From Vampirovibrio chlorellavorus (GTDB taxonomy: Bacteria; Cyanobacteriota; Vampirovibrionia; Vampirovibrionales; Vampirovibrionaceae): a stretch of 64,000 nt of DNA. The stretch lies in assembly GCA_001858525.1 (NCBI GenBank), contig LAPX01000001.1, forward strand, positions 70,307 through 134,306, in the 5' to 3' direction. Position 1 is the stretch's first letter. Each line of letters begins with the position of its first letter. Below are positions 36,466-46,754 of this stretch, one piece after another. Made by a program: the position numbers and the translations under genes. The notes beneath the pieces were generated by a model. The model saw only the letters and a list, made by a program, of their open reading frames with translations. It did not search any database and had not been told where the DNA came from.

Positions 36466-36501
36466 ACGAAAACAAAAAAGAAAGCCGGAGAGATCTCCGG
36501 C
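36466..36501 (-). terminator. Intrinsic terminator for the small minus-strand gene at 36560..36826.
   Basis: GCCGGAG-AGAT-CTCCGGC hairpin, followed on the minus strand by TTTCTTTTTTGTTTT. Confidence 0.5.
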
Positions 36502-36559
36502 TATTGAATCAGCTTCATAGGGGGGTTTACGCTTTTTAGAAATCCAGTTAGTACTGACT

Positions 36560-36826
36560 TTAGTACTGACTAAGGTAGGGCAGTAACTTGTCCACGCGTC
36601 TGGTATCGGGGTGCCCCAGGGTCTTCAGCAGAACCGGCACTACTTTACTCATTTGGCAAACAAAGGAGTAACCACCTTTGGGGATGGAGCAATTGCCGCA
36701 ATCAGCGTTGGTCACATAGCACTTAATAGCCTGATCCGTCCAGGTTTGGGTTATAGAAGCAGATACTTCCTCATCCAGCGGCTGTGTCCAGAAAACACTA
36801 CCGGTCGTTGTTGTTGCCGTTACCAT
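36560..36826 (-). CDS. Small (88-aa) Cys-containing hypothetical protein with its own ribosome-binding site and terminator.
   Basis: AGGAGA ribosome-binding site ~9 nt upstream of the ATG. Downstream terminator. Four Cys (C35, C43, C46, C57). Confidence 0.45.
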   Translation of the reverse strand: MVTATTTTGSVFWTQPLDEEVSASITQTWTDQAIKCYVTNADCGNCSIPKGGYSFVCQMSKVVPVLLKTLGHPDTRRVDKLLPYLSQY

Positions 36827-37227
36827 GCCCTCAGGTCTCCTCGCTCTATCCTTTTAAAGAACCAACGCTCGTTTCAATCTCGTCCTGAACTTGATCGCCC
36901 TGAACCGGGTTGGGCTGTTTACAAAAAATCCACTCACCACAATGACTCACGCATCATTGTTACTATGTTAAGTGTTCCCAAGCCTTTTTCCTTCCCCCGG
37001 ATAGTGGACTTTGCCAGGGCGTGTTATGGGATTCGCTGGGTTCCAATACAAATTGATACAAGATTTCATTTTTCATTCAGGTTTTCCGCCAAGCTGCCGA
37101 ATATCACAACATCCCCCCTCTTGCAGCAAACCCCATCGTCCACCCGACGAGAAAAACCAGCCCCCTTCCCTTTCCAGGTATCCCTTCCCGATTACCCCGC
37201 TTTTCATCCCAATGGCAGAGGTCTCCC

Positions 37228-38475
37228 ATGTTCAAAATCTTCTCGGTTGAATCGATAGATAACCAACACCCCGGCCTGTGCGAAATCTACCGGCAATTAC
37301 AGGGTCAAGGCTTCCAACTGGTCTCCCCAAGGGAGGGAAAACCGCTGCTTGCGGAAATCAAGGCGGAACAGCCAGACCTGATTCTGGTGGACCCCACCCT
37401 CTCCGAGCAAAAAGGGGCTCAGGTCTGCCAAGGCCTCAAAAACGACCCAGAGACCGAAAACATTCCCATTATTTTTATCCACAGCCAGCTCAGACCCAAC
37501 CCCAAAATGCTGGCCAGTCTGGAAAGTGGGGTCAGCGACCTGATTTCCATTGAAACGGAAGAAGTGGAAATCCTGGCCCGCTTGAAGTCGGCCATTCGCA
37601 ACAAGCGGCTGGTCAACCAGTCCGTGCAACTGGCCGCACAGCTTAACAAAATGAATACCGAGCTGTATGAACGCAACTTGCAAGTTGAAAAAGAGTTGTA
37701 CGTGGCCCGTCAGTTGCAACAAAGCCTGCTTCCTCCGTTTTTAGCCGATTCTACCCTGCCTGCTGAAGATGTCTCCGCCTTTAGCAAGTGCCACTATAAA
37801 AACGACAAACTGAAAATTTCCGGCGTTTACCTGCCTTGTGACGCCCTGGGCGGGGATATTTACGATGTTATCCAGTTTCCCAGCGGCACGGTGGGGGTAG
37901 CCATCGCCGATGTGTCTGGGCATGGCGTACCAGCGGGCTTTATTACCGCCATTTTCAAGTCTTCCTTTTACCGAATCACCCACAATCACGATTGCCCCGC
38001 CGATATTCTGTATCACCTCAATAACGAGCTGGCCGATATCATCAAAACCGGGGAGTATGTCACCGGCATCTACGGGCGCATTTTCCAGCCGGACGATCAG
38101 CCAGACAAGCAGGTCTTTGAGTTTTCCGGCGCGGGGCATCCCTATCCGCTATACTACAAGGCTTCTGAACACAAGCTATACCGCCTGAAAGAAAACGGCA
38201 CCCCACTGGTGTGGATTAAGAACATGGAATATCCGCTGGGCCGGGTAGACTTGGAGCCGGGCGACAAGATATTTATGTTCACCGATGGGGTCAGCGAAAT
38301 GCGGAACATCCATGAGGCCATGTACTCCGAAGAGCAACTGGAGCAAACCTTTATGGCACTCATCGAACAGAAGTCGCCCCGGATGCTGGATGAGATCATT
38401 CAGCAACTCTCGGATTTCACCGAAGGCCACCCCTTGGAAGACGATGTCAGCGTGGTCCTGATCGAGGCACTGTAA
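37228..38475 (+). CDS. Response-regulator receiver domain fused to a PP2C/SpoIIE-type Ser/Thr phosphatase (RsbU-like).
   Basis: Receiver domain with LILVD acceptor Asp. C-terminal SpoIIE motifs GGDIYDVI, ADVSGHGVPAG, FTDGVSE. Confidence 0.85.
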   Translation: MFKIFSVESIDNQHPGLCEIYRQLQGQGFQLVSPREGKPLLAEIKAEQPDLILVDPTLSEQKGAQVCQGLKNDPETENIPIIFIHSQLRPNPKMLASLESGVSDLISIETEEVEILARLKSAIRNKRLVNQSVQLAAQLNKMNTELYERNLQVEKELYVARQLQQSLLPPFLADSTLPAEDVSAFSKCHYKNDKLKISGVYLPCDALGGDIYDVIQFPSGTVGVAIADVSGHGVPAGFITAIFKSSFYRITHNHDCPADILYHLNNELADIIKTGEYVTGIYGRIFQPDDQPDKQVFEFSGAGHPYPLYYKASEHKLYRLKENGTPLVWIKNMEYPLGRVDLEPGDKIFMFTDGVSEMRNIHEAMYSEEQLEQTFMALIEQKSPRMLDEIIQQLSDFTEGHPLEDDVSVVLIEAL

Positions 38476-38488
38476 AATTAAAGCTTGA

Positions 38489-40972
38489 TTATGCCTTGTC
38501 CAGCTTGGCGAACTTGGGATCCAGCAACTTCTTCCCGGCAATGGTGTCAAACTGGATGCTGTAAATGGCCTTGTCGCCATCGCCCAGCACCTGACTGACC
38601 GTGCCCTCCCCAAATTTGGCATGGGTCACCCGATCGCCCACCTTAAAGACTGCCGCTGAGGGGGCCGGTTGAGGACGATTGGAACCCACCGTGGGTAAAG
38701 CGGACGGAGACGACTTTTTGGGCGTGACATTTCGCAAGTGCGAACTGACATTGGAGTACCCCGAGTTGCCGCCCCCACCATACTGGGAACCGCTGCCCGA
38801 CCGTCCGGAGGATTTGCCGGATTTAAAACTACTACCGCCATAATCGGAATCGGAGAACCGCTCTGAGGAGTAGCCGGAACTACGCCCCTCAGAGGACGCG
38901 CCTCCCCGGCGCAGATCATCCACCGCGTCATCGTTGTAACGATTGGTGCTGTTGGCTTCCAGCGTGTAGAACCCAGAGAGATACTCCTGCGGGATTTCCT
39001 TCAGGAATCGGCTGGGTTGAGCGTAACGCAATTCGCCCATAATCAGTCGGCGGCGGGCGTAGGTCAAAAACAGACGTTCCATGGCCCGAGTAACGCCCAC
39101 ATACATCAAGCGACGCTCTTCTTCCATCTGGGTGGTGTCATTCAAGGAGCGAAAATGGGGAAATAGTCCTTCTTCCAGGCCGCAAACGGCCACCACTGGG
39201 AACTCCAGACCCTTGCAGGCGTGAAGCGTCATCAGCACGATTTTGTTTTCCACCGGCTCAGAGGTGTCAATATCACTGAGCAAGGACATTTGGGTTAAAA
39301 ATTCAGCCAGACCCGGTTGTCCCTCTTCCGTGGGCGGGTTTTCAATCATAAACTGCCGGGCCACGCTGATGAATTCCTGTACGTTGGCCTGTCGCCCTTC
39401 CGTATCGGTGGGGTCTTCCAGTTTCAGTTCATCAAAGTAACCGGTCAAATCCAGAATCTGGGTAACCAGTTCATCCAGGCCCACCTCAGTGGCCAGCCGT
39501 TTGAGGCGTTCCATCACAGACACAAAGCCCTGAATAGCCTTGACCGCCTTGGGTTTCAGATCCGGCACCTGATCCGCCTGACGCAAGACCTGATAGAGCG
39601 AGGCGTTGTGCTGAGCGGCGGTCGCTTCCAGATATTCGATGCTGGTTTTACCCACGCCCCGCTTGGGCACGTTCAGAATCCGCTTCACGCTGTAGCCGTC
39701 CTGATCGTTGAAAATGACCGTGAGGTAGGCCATGACGTCCTTGATTTCCTTGCGCTCGTAGAACTTGAGACCGCCCACCATGTTGTAGGGGATGCCCCGA
39801 GAGATCAGCACATCTTCAAGGACCCGGCTTTGCACGTTGGTACGGTACAAAATACAGCAATCGCCGGGCTTATAATTACCGGTACTAATCATCTGTTGAA
39901 TGCGATCCAGAATGTAGAAAGCCTCTTCCCGATCGTCCTTGGCCTCGTAGCAATTGATTTTCTCCCCGGCACCCCGCACGGAAATCAGCTCCTTGGGCAA
40001 GCGCTCCTGGTTTTGCTCGATGATGGCATTGGCCACTTCCAGAATATTGGCAGTGGATCGGTAGTTGTGCAGCAACTTGATGACCTTGGCACCCACAAAA
40101 CCGCTCTGGAAGTTCAGAATAATGCGGAAGTTAGCCCCCCGCCAGCTGTAGATGGACTGATCCACATCGCCCACCACGGTCAGGCTGCGGTTCAGCCAGA
40201 GTGCCTTTTGAGACTCTGGGGTACTGTCCTCTTTCAGGCAGCCTTCAGCCAGCAGGCGCACCAGTTCGTACTGGGCATCGTTGGTATCCTGAAACTCATC
40301 CACCAGCAGGTGTTTAAACTGATCGTGATACCGCTGCAAGACATGCGGGTTTTGCTGTAGCAACTTCACCATGATCATGAGCATGTCATCGAAATCCATG
40401 GCGTTGTTGCGGGCCAGTTCGGCCTCATAGCCATCGTAAATCTGGGCCAGCTTCTCGGTGCGGAAGTCTTTGGCCGTGGTGGCATAGTCGTAAGCGTCCA
40501 GCATCTGGTTTTTAAAGCCAGAGATGGAATAGCGGATGTTCTTGGGGGCGTATAACTTGTCATCCAGGTTCAGGGCCTTGATCACCGTCTTGACCGCGGC
40601 CATGGACTCGGTTTCATCGTAGATGACAAAGTTGTTGTTCCAGGTGCGCCCGGCTTTGGAGGTGTAGTGGCTAACATCCCGGCGCAGAATACGCCCGCAA
40701 ATGCTGTGGAAGGTACCAATCCACAAGCTGCGGCCATTGGCTTCCCCCACCAGGTGTTGTAAGCGTTCCCGCATTTCCCGGGCTGCCTTGTTGGTAAAGG
40801 TCACCGCCAAAATTTCAGCCGGATGAACGCCTGACTCAATACGGTGGGCGATTTGGTGGGTTAATACTCTGGTTTTGCCACTACCGGCACCGGCCAGAAC
40901 CAGCAAAGGACCCAATGCATGAGTCACTGCCTCTAACTGGGCTTCGTTTAAATTTTGAAGCAAACCATTCAT
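38489..40972 (-). CDS. pcrA: UvrD/PcrA-family ATP-dependent DNA helicase with a Gly/Ser/Arg-rich linker and a C-terminal Tudor-like domain.
   Basis: GAGSGKT, DEFQDTN, the family helicase motifs, and C-terminal VGDRVTHAKFGEGTV. Confidence 0.9.
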   Translation of the reverse strand: MNGLLQNLNEAQLEAVTHALGPLLVLAGAGSGKTRVLTHQIAHRIESGVHPAEILAVTFTNKAAREMRERLQHLVGEANGRSLWIGTFHSICGRILRRDVSHYTSKAGRTWNNNFVIYDETESMAAVKTVIKALNLDDKLYAPKNIRYSISGFKNQMLDAYDYATTAKDFRTEKLAQIYDGYEAELARNNAMDFDDMLMIMVKLLQQNPHVLQRYHDQFKHLLVDEFQDTNDAQYELVRLLAEGCLKEDSTPESQKALWLNRSLTVVGDVDQSIYSWRGANFRIILNFQSGFVGAKVIKLLHNYRSTANILEVANAIIEQNQERLPKELISVRGAGEKINCYEAKDDREEAFYILDRIQQMISTGNYKPGDCCILYRTNVQSRVLEDVLISRGIPYNMVGGLKFYERKEIKDVMAYLTVIFNDQDGYSVKRILNVPKRGVGKTSIEYLEATAAQHNASLYQVLRQADQVPDLKPKAVKAIQGFVSVMERLKRLATEVGLDELVTQILDLTGYFDELKLEDPTDTEGRQANVQEFISVARQFMIENPPTEEGQPGLAEFLTQMSLLSDIDTSEPVENKIVLMTLHACKGLEFPVVAVCGLEEGLFPHFRSLNDTTQMEEERRLMYVGVTRAMERLFLTYARRRLIMGELRYAQPSRFLKEIPQEYLSGFYTLEANSTNRYNDDAVDDLRRGGASSEGRSSGYSSERFSDSDYGGSSFKSGKSSGRSGSGSQYGGGGNSGYSNVSSHLRNVTPKKSSPSALPTVGSNRPQPAPSAAVFKVGDRVTHAKFGEGTVSQVLGDGDKAIYSIQFDTIAGKKLLDPKFAKLDKA

Positions 40973-41515
40973 TGCTATCGCCTAACCTCTCTAAAAAGTG
41001 ACCGTCAACTCAGGAATTCAACTGAAGAATTTTCACGGGGATTCTGTTGAACACAGGGCCCATTAGAATAGCACCCATAGGAAAACATGTTAAAAACAAA
41101 ACTCAAACTGTAAAGGCGGAATCCATTATTCACAAACCGCTTCCGCCCCGTGGCCGAGCGTTTAAAAAAGCCTGTCGATCCTTATAAACTCAAACTGACG
41201 ACCTTCTTTTCACGCATCCGCATCATCACAAAGCGGTTCATCCGGATCTGCCTATAAAAAAATCTCTAAAGCAGTAGCACAATGGGCGGGGTTTTATATA
41301 ATATAATGTTGAAATCAGTCGCTTGTCGATGGCTGGTTGGGTGAACGTGGGATTTCTGAATCTTGCGGGCTGAGCACAACGCAGCATCGCCCATCCCTTG
41401 GCAGGCGGACCCCAAAACATTTACAATCTTTTCCCAATCGAAGCCCGTAGCGGCCAAAATCTCAACCGTAACACATTTCGTTTTTTGAATATTCCAAAAG
41501 GATGGAAGGGACCCC

Positions 41516-42142
41516 ATGACTGAGCATTCCTCGTTTGAGGCCAAAGCACCCACCGCCATGGCCACTGTCGGTATCAGCAACATGTTTGACGACCCGAAGC
41601 AGGAACAGACCATCATGGTGCCCATCATGCCCAAGGATGAGCTGGATCAGGACACCCCGGATCCCAACGATGACCTGGCCGCTGAACTGAGCATGTTGCA
41701 GCAAAAGTCCAAGGCCATTGCCATCATCGGCAGCCGGAACATTCCGCTGCCCCATCAGCAAATTATCGAAATGCTGGCCTTCTCTCTAACCCACAATGGC
41801 AACCAGGTCATCACCAGCGGGGGCTCCTCGGGGACCAACGCGGCTGCCATCCGGGGGGCCATGAAAGGCAATCCGGAACTGCTGAAAGTCATTTTGCCCC
41901 AAACCATTGGCCAACAGCCCTCCGATGTGCAGGATCAACTCATTGGCATTCCCAATATCCTGGAACACCCGGAGTGGAGCATGATGAAACTGGCCGATGC
42001 CAGCCGCCTGTGTAACCGGGAGATTGTGGATGAGTGTCAGCAGTTGATTATTCTGCTCTCTCACGACAGCCCCACCTTGCACACGGCCATTGACTACGCC
42101 AATGAAAACCACAAGCTGGTCACCTGCCTGTACCTGGATTAA
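41516..42142 (+). CDS. Short stand-alone DprA/Smf-like Rossmann-fold (SLOG-superfamily) protein.
   Basis: IAIIGSRN...VITSGGSSGTNAAAIRGAM...LIILLSHDSPTLHTAIDYA resembles the DprA core. No SAM or winged-helix domains. 208 aa. Confidence 0.45.
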   Translation: MTEHSSFEAKAPTAMATVGISNMFDDPKQEQTIMVPIMPKDELDQDTPDPNDDLAAELSMLQQKSKAIAIIGSRNIPLPHQQIIEMLAFSLTHNGNQVITSGGSSGTNAAAIRGAMKGNPELLKVILPQTIGQQPSDVQDQLIGIPNILEHPEWSMMKLADASRLCNREIVDECQQLIILLSHDSPTLHTAIDYANENHKLVTCLYLD

Positions 42143-42166
42143 GGACCATCCAATCCCAAATTATGG

Positions 42167-42207
42167 ATAGAGTGAGCACAAGCGGCTCACTCTATTTGTA
42201 TTTATCC
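42167..42207 (+). terminator. Intrinsic terminator after the DprA-like gene.
   Basis: ATAGAGTGAGC-ACAAGCG-GCTCACTCTAT (11-bp stem) followed by TTGTATTTAT. Confidence 0.55.
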
Positions 42208-42615
42208 GTAATATCTGAGTCAAAATTAGGCAATCCCCGCCTGGCTAACTGACGGCTGCTAAAATCCTCCCATCGGGCAGTTATCTTTAGTCGTTTGGGA
42301 AATTACAAAATCATCCGTAATCCCATATACTCATTTATTCAAGGGTAACCTGTTGTCACCACAGGCCCATTTTAAAAAACAGAACCAATGGGGAATCATC
42401 ACGCTAAGACCTAAAAGCCAGCAACGGCTCAGCATTGTATTGCATGCATCCAGTTTTTAAAGTCCAACGCTTCCAAAAAAAGTAACGCCACAGTCACCGG
42501 GTCCGTCTATTACGCATCACCTTATTAAAAACCCTAAACCGGCCAGACCGAGCGCAATCATCCATTCCACATATCTAGGCAACTTAAAGAAGAAAAGACC
42601 GAGGAGGGATATTCT

Positions 42616-43278
42616 ATGCACAACTCTATGGTTTCAGGCCTGATCACGGCAGCAGTGTTAAGCCTCAGTATCTCACTCTGCGCCATGGCCGAAGAAACAA
42701 TGCAAACGCAAACCAAAAGCACCACCACCAACCAGTACGGTGGCACCACGCAAACCCAAACCAAAACAACCACCACCAGCCAATATAGTACCTACAGTAC
42801 GCAAAACGCCACAGACACGACCATACCCCAGGCCAGTATGAGCAATCTGGTGCTGAACAATCAATTTGGCTATACCCAGGATGAAATTGTCATTGGCAGC
42901 AGTGATGGCAACACACCGATGTTCTTGCCCAAACTGACCATTGGCTCGGCCAACACCTCTATCCTGGTCATGAATCCAACCCCCAAGCCCGTCAGCTTGA
43001 GCATTCCACTGTTGAATTCGACCAGCGTCATCCCGGCCAACGGCGCCCGCATCATTCAGTTGGATAAAGCCCAAACCGCCGGCTTGACGCCCGGACAAGA
43101 GGTTGCCTATTATATTAATGATGCCGATGGCAATCAGATCGCTTCCAGCAACTTTATTAATACGCAGGAAATCGTTTCCATGATTGACATCAACACTCAG
43201 GTAGCCACCACCGAAGAAACCCGCACCACCATTCGTAAGCCCACGGAACGCAAATCCACCGTGCGGGGCTATTGGTAA
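42616..43278 (+). CDS. Secreted Thr/Gln-rich hypothetical protein.
   Basis: Signal peptide MVSGLITAAVLSLSISLCAMA. TQTQTK repeats. Confidence 0.55.
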   Translation: MHNSMVSGLITAAVLSLSISLCAMAEETMQTQTKSTTTNQYGGTTQTQTKTTTTSQYSTYSTQNATDTTIPQASMSNLVLNNQFGYTQDEIVIGSSDGNTPMFLPKLTIGSANTSILVMNPTPKPVSLSIPLLNSTSVIPANGARIIQLDKAQTAGLTPGQEVAYYINDADGNQIASSNFINTQEIVSMIDINTQVATTEETRTTIRKPTERKSTVRGYW

Positions 43279-43341
43279 GTCGCCAAACCTTCGGTCAAAA
43301 GCGAGGCTGGCCGCCTGACCAACGACTCGAGACACCCCACC

Positions 43342-44151
43342 ATGCCAGTTCGTTTTGTTTATACGTCATCCGTTTCAGCACTCATGCTTACACTGGGCTT
43401 GTTCCTGGGCCTAAGCGTGAGTGCTGAACCCGTTTCACCCAAGCAGCCCCAGCCAATAGACATCGGCAAGGCACCGGCCAATCCTGTGCCCGAAAGTGTG
43501 TCGGACACGATTCATATCAAAATCAACATTCCCAGCCGAACCTTGTGGGTCTATGAAGGCGAGCGCATCATTCGCTACTTCCCGGTGGGGGTAGGACGGG
43601 TGGGCTTTCCCACACCGCTGGGACGCTTCAGCATCATTCGCAAGGTGGAAGATCCGGGCTGGGAAAATCCCTACATGGCCTCCGGCAAAATGCGCTTATC
43701 CCCCGGCAACACCAATCCCTTGGGCACCCGCTGGATGGGTTTCCTGAGAGACCCTGGTGGCGAGTACGGCATGCACGGCACCGACAATCCGGCGTCGGTG
43801 GGCAAGTTAAGTTCCCACGGCTGTGTGCGCCTTCGTGTGCCGGATGCAGAGGCCTTGTTTGAATTAGTAGACGTGGGCACCCCGGTAGAGGTGGTTTATC
43901 AGCCCGTGGTCATTCGCCGCCACGCCGATGAAGTCAAAGTGGCCGTATATGGCGATCCCTTCCGCAAAGGGATGCCATCCTTTGAGAAAGTGAAACAGGA
44001 TATTCAACAGCAATTCCCCAACGCCAAAGTAGATGAAGAAAAGCTGGAAGCTGCCCTGCGCACCCCGCAGGAAAAATACGTCAGTGTGGGCCTAATTTCC
44101 AGAGAACCCAAAGCACTGAACGAGACTGCCGATTTTATCCTGAAGCCCTGA
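43342..44151 (+). CDS. L,D-transpeptidase (YkuD family) with a signal peptide.
   Basis: Catalytic HGTDNPASVGKLSSHGCVRL motif. Confidence 0.85.
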   Translation: MPVRFVYTSSVSALMLTLGLFLGLSVSAEPVSPKQPQPIDIGKAPANPVPESVSDTIHIKINIPSRTLWVYEGERIIRYFPVGVGRVGFPTPLGRFSIIRKVEDPGWENPYMASGKMRLSPGNTNPLGTRWMGFLRDPGGEYGMHGTDNPASVGKLSSHGCVRLRVPDAEALFELVDVGTPVEVVYQPVVIRRHADEVKVAVYGDPFRKGMPSFEKVKQDIQQQFPNAKVDEEKLEAALRTPQEKYVSVGLISREPKALNETADFILKP

Positions 44152-44345
44152 GTGTCAGCTTCATCTGTTCAGCGGTTTACCCTGATGGCATGAAAGCCCA
44201 ATGGCAATCCGTCTGGGTTCTGGTGGTGCGCAACCCGGTTTTTACGCAAAAGGCAATTTTGCCCAAATGATTGTTTTTATTTATTTGTAGTGATTTCCCC
44301 CGCATTTCTAGCGCAATGTGAGTAAAACTCAGAGAGAAGTGAACC

Positions 44346-44591
44346 ATGTCACAAACATTTGCCGGTTCTTACATCAATTTATTCAGCCAAAAGCTGTTAC
44401 AGGCGGTCTTTCAGTCTGCCGTATCAAACCCTTTGACTGCTATTCCATCCCCTTTTATCGCTCAAATGGATTTGGGCCTAGCCCAGAACGTACAATCTCT
44501 GGATGCCATGTTGTCCAGCGTGGGCGTTGGGATCAGCTCCGGATTCGGTGGCAGTCCGGTGGTGGGCGGCGGCTTTAGTATGTTGATGTAA
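44346..44591 (+). CDS. Small hypothetical protein (81 aa) followed by a terminator hairpin.
   Basis: ORF with a purine-rich leader. Hairpin plus TTTT at 44623..44660. Confidence 0.35.
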   Translation: MSQTFAGSYINLFSQKLLQAVFQSAVSNPLTAIPSPFIAQMDLGLAQNVQSLDAMLSSVGVGISSGFGGSPVVGGGFSMLM

Positions 44592-44622
44592 CCAGCCGAA
44601 TCCTCCCATTTTTATCCGCTAT

Positions 44623-44660
44623 AACCAGGTTAAAGGCACCAAGCCGGTAACCTGGTTTTA
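44623..44660 (+). terminator. Putative intrinsic terminator.
   Basis: AACCAGGTTA ... TAACCTGGTT 10-bp stem followed by TTTT. Confidence 0.45.
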
Positions 44661-45043
44661 CCCATTCCTGTTCTCCATTCCTGAACTGTGGACTAAAGCA
44701 CTTTAGCCATCAGGGCGTTTGGCATCTAGCCAACAGGCTAATTGAACCATTATCGGCCATTGCTTAATGTATAGCTTGTATCAAATAGCTGGGTCAACGG
44801 AATTAATACCTGTATCAGTCCAATTTAACTTTTTTCCAAAGTAGCATTGAACCCACTCTGCCAGCTGTCTGGTACTGGGTTTCCTATTCTGGATTGAGGG
44901 GAGTTTGGCGTTAATTGAGACTGGCAGGGTCTCCGGCTGATTACTGTATTTGCAAATATGGCAGGCAAAGGCGCACAGTTGGCGTGCCCTACTGGGCATG
45001 CCCTTAAAATTCACTGAGTTCACTGTAACAAAGGAGTACTCAC

Positions 45044-46453
45044 ATGAAAAAAAGTAACCTGATTACCTTGTCCCTTACCTTGAGTCTGGCTTGCGGTATG
45101 GCCTTTGCAGCAATCCCTTATGCCGATGTCAACGGCAACTGGGCACAAAGCGACATCAACAACATGCTGGATATGCAGGTCATGAGCGGCTTTAACGACG
45201 GCAACTTTCACCCGGACGCCTGGCTGACCCGCGCCGAGTTTTCCCAAATGGCCGCTAAAACCCTGGGTCTGGAAGCAAAAAAAGCGAACAGCGTACCCAG
45301 CTTCAAGCAAGTGTCTCAAAACAGTTGGGCCTTCGGCAATGTTGAAAATCAGGACTGGATTAACAGCTATCCGGCGGGTGTGTTTCGTCCAGCCAACCCG
45401 GTGCGTCGGGTAGAAGCCCTGGCCGCTGTAGGCGGTGCCCTGAATAAACCCATGCTGACTGAAGCGGAAGCCAACACCGTTTTAAATAAATACGTTGATG
45501 GCGATCAGGTGCCCAATGCGGCTCGTCGTCAGGTGGCCACCGCCATTCAGTACGATTTATTTGAGATTGATCCGGCCAGCGGACCCAACAAAATCGAGCC
45601 ACTTCGCCCCATCAACCGGGCAGAGACAGCCGCCCTGCTGAACGATTTGTACCAAAACCGGGATATCGCCATTGTGCAAAATGGGCGGGTTCTCTCCAAA
45701 GCTGAGCAAACGCCTTCTACAGGAACCAGCGCGGTCTCTGGCGGCTACGGCACGACGGAGAGCACTGAGGCAGAGAAAATTGGCTACAAATCCACGCCGT
45801 TTCGCAACAGTGCCGATACCATTATGGAATTCCGCCAAGTGAATACCACCACCACGCCCACCAACCTGGATGCCAAAGGCCCCATCAGCCTGCCCGCCAA
45901 TACCACGTTTACCGGCACGGTGGCCAAGGCCCTCTATTCAGAATTCAACAAACCCGGCGATCCGGTCATGCTGATTCTGGATCACCCCTTGTTTGACACC
46001 AACGGCAAAATTGTGGCCCCTGCGGGAAGCAAGGTGCTGGGTGTGGTCAACAGCGTCATTTCCAAAAATGAAACCAATGATGATGCCCAACTGGGAATTA
46101 CCTTCAACGGGTTCATCACCCCGGAAGGTCAGCGCATTCCTATGAATGCCACCATTGCCAACACCGACGGGATTCTGAAAGCCACCGAGTTGCAAGGGGT
46201 CGTCTTTCACCCCGATCGCTCCACGGCAGCCCTGTCCCGAGAAATCAGCACTGCCGCCGGGGCACTGTATGGCACCAAAATTGGCAAGGCCGAAGTGCTG
46301 GATGAACCGCTGGTTCAGCAGCTCAGCAGCAAGGAAGTGGACCCCCTGGATAAACGTAACAGCAACATCGTCATCGGGGTGGGGGATCGCTTGCAGATAC
46401 GCATTGAAAGCCTGGGCACCAGCACCAGCACTGGCACCAGCAGCACACCTTAA
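45044..46453 (+). CDS. SLH (S-layer homology) domain-containing cell-envelope protein.
   Basis: Signal peptide, then the SLH consensus YADVNGNWAQSDINNMLDMQVMSGFNDGNFHPDAWLTRAEFSQM. Confidence 0.7.
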   Translation: MKKSNLITLSLTLSLACGMAFAAIPYADVNGNWAQSDINNMLDMQVMSGFNDGNFHPDAWLTRAEFSQMAAKTLGLEAKKANSVPSFKQVSQNSWAFGNVENQDWINSYPAGVFRPANPVRRVEALAAVGGALNKPMLTEAEANTVLNKYVDGDQVPNAARRQVATAIQYDLFEIDPASGPNKIEPLRPINRAETAALLNDLYQNRDIAIVQNGRVLSKAEQTPSTGTSAVSGGYGTTESTEAEKIGYKSTPFRNSADTIMEFRQVNTTTTPTNLDAKGPISLPANTTFTGTVAKALYSEFNKPGDPVMLILDHPLFDTNGKIVAPAGSKVLGVVNSVISKNETNDDAQLGITFNGFITPEGQRIPMNATIANTDGILKATELQGVVFHPDRSTAALSREISTAAGALYGTKIGKAEVLDEPLVQQLSSKEVDPLDKRNSNIVIGVGDRLQIRIESLGTSTSTGTSSTP

Positions 46454-46479
46454 ATTTATATAGAGAGCGGTACGACGAT

Positions 46480-46519
46480 GCACCCGGTCGGCAAGACCGA
46501 TCGGGTGCTTTTCTTTTTG
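46480..46519 (+). terminator. Strong intrinsic terminator after the SLH gene.
   Basis: GCACCCGGTCGG-CAAGA-CCGATCGGGTGC (12-bp stem with one G-U pair) followed by TTTTCTTTTTG. Confidence 0.75.
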
Positions 46520-46754
46520 CGCAAAATCCGATGGCACAAAACTACAGTCGTTTGTTTTTATGCACATGTACAAATAAAATCAAACTTGTACACATCGGGA
46601 CAGGTTGGCAATGGGGATACACTCTGGACTCTGAACTACCAGTTCAATCCACAGGAGTTTATTAACCAGTGCTCATTTAAAGTTTATTTTTCTCAGTTTT
46701 CTTTTTCTCAACCAGAGCCTAAGGCTCAAACTACGGGGCACACAGGGGGACAGA

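Noticed and set aside
36611-37258. 215-aa plus-strand ORF.
   Set aside because: Overlaps, on the opposite strand, the better-supported 88-aa minus-strand gene and then runs through the intergenic region. No ribosome-binding site. Composition is not protein-like.
39317-40360. 347-aa plus-strand ORF.
   Set aside because: Entirely antisense to the well-supported pcrA/uvrD helicase gene. No motifs.
42673-43335. 220-aa minus-strand ORF.
   Set aside because: Antisense to the secreted T/Q-rich protein gene. Gly/Arg-rich reverse-frame artefact.
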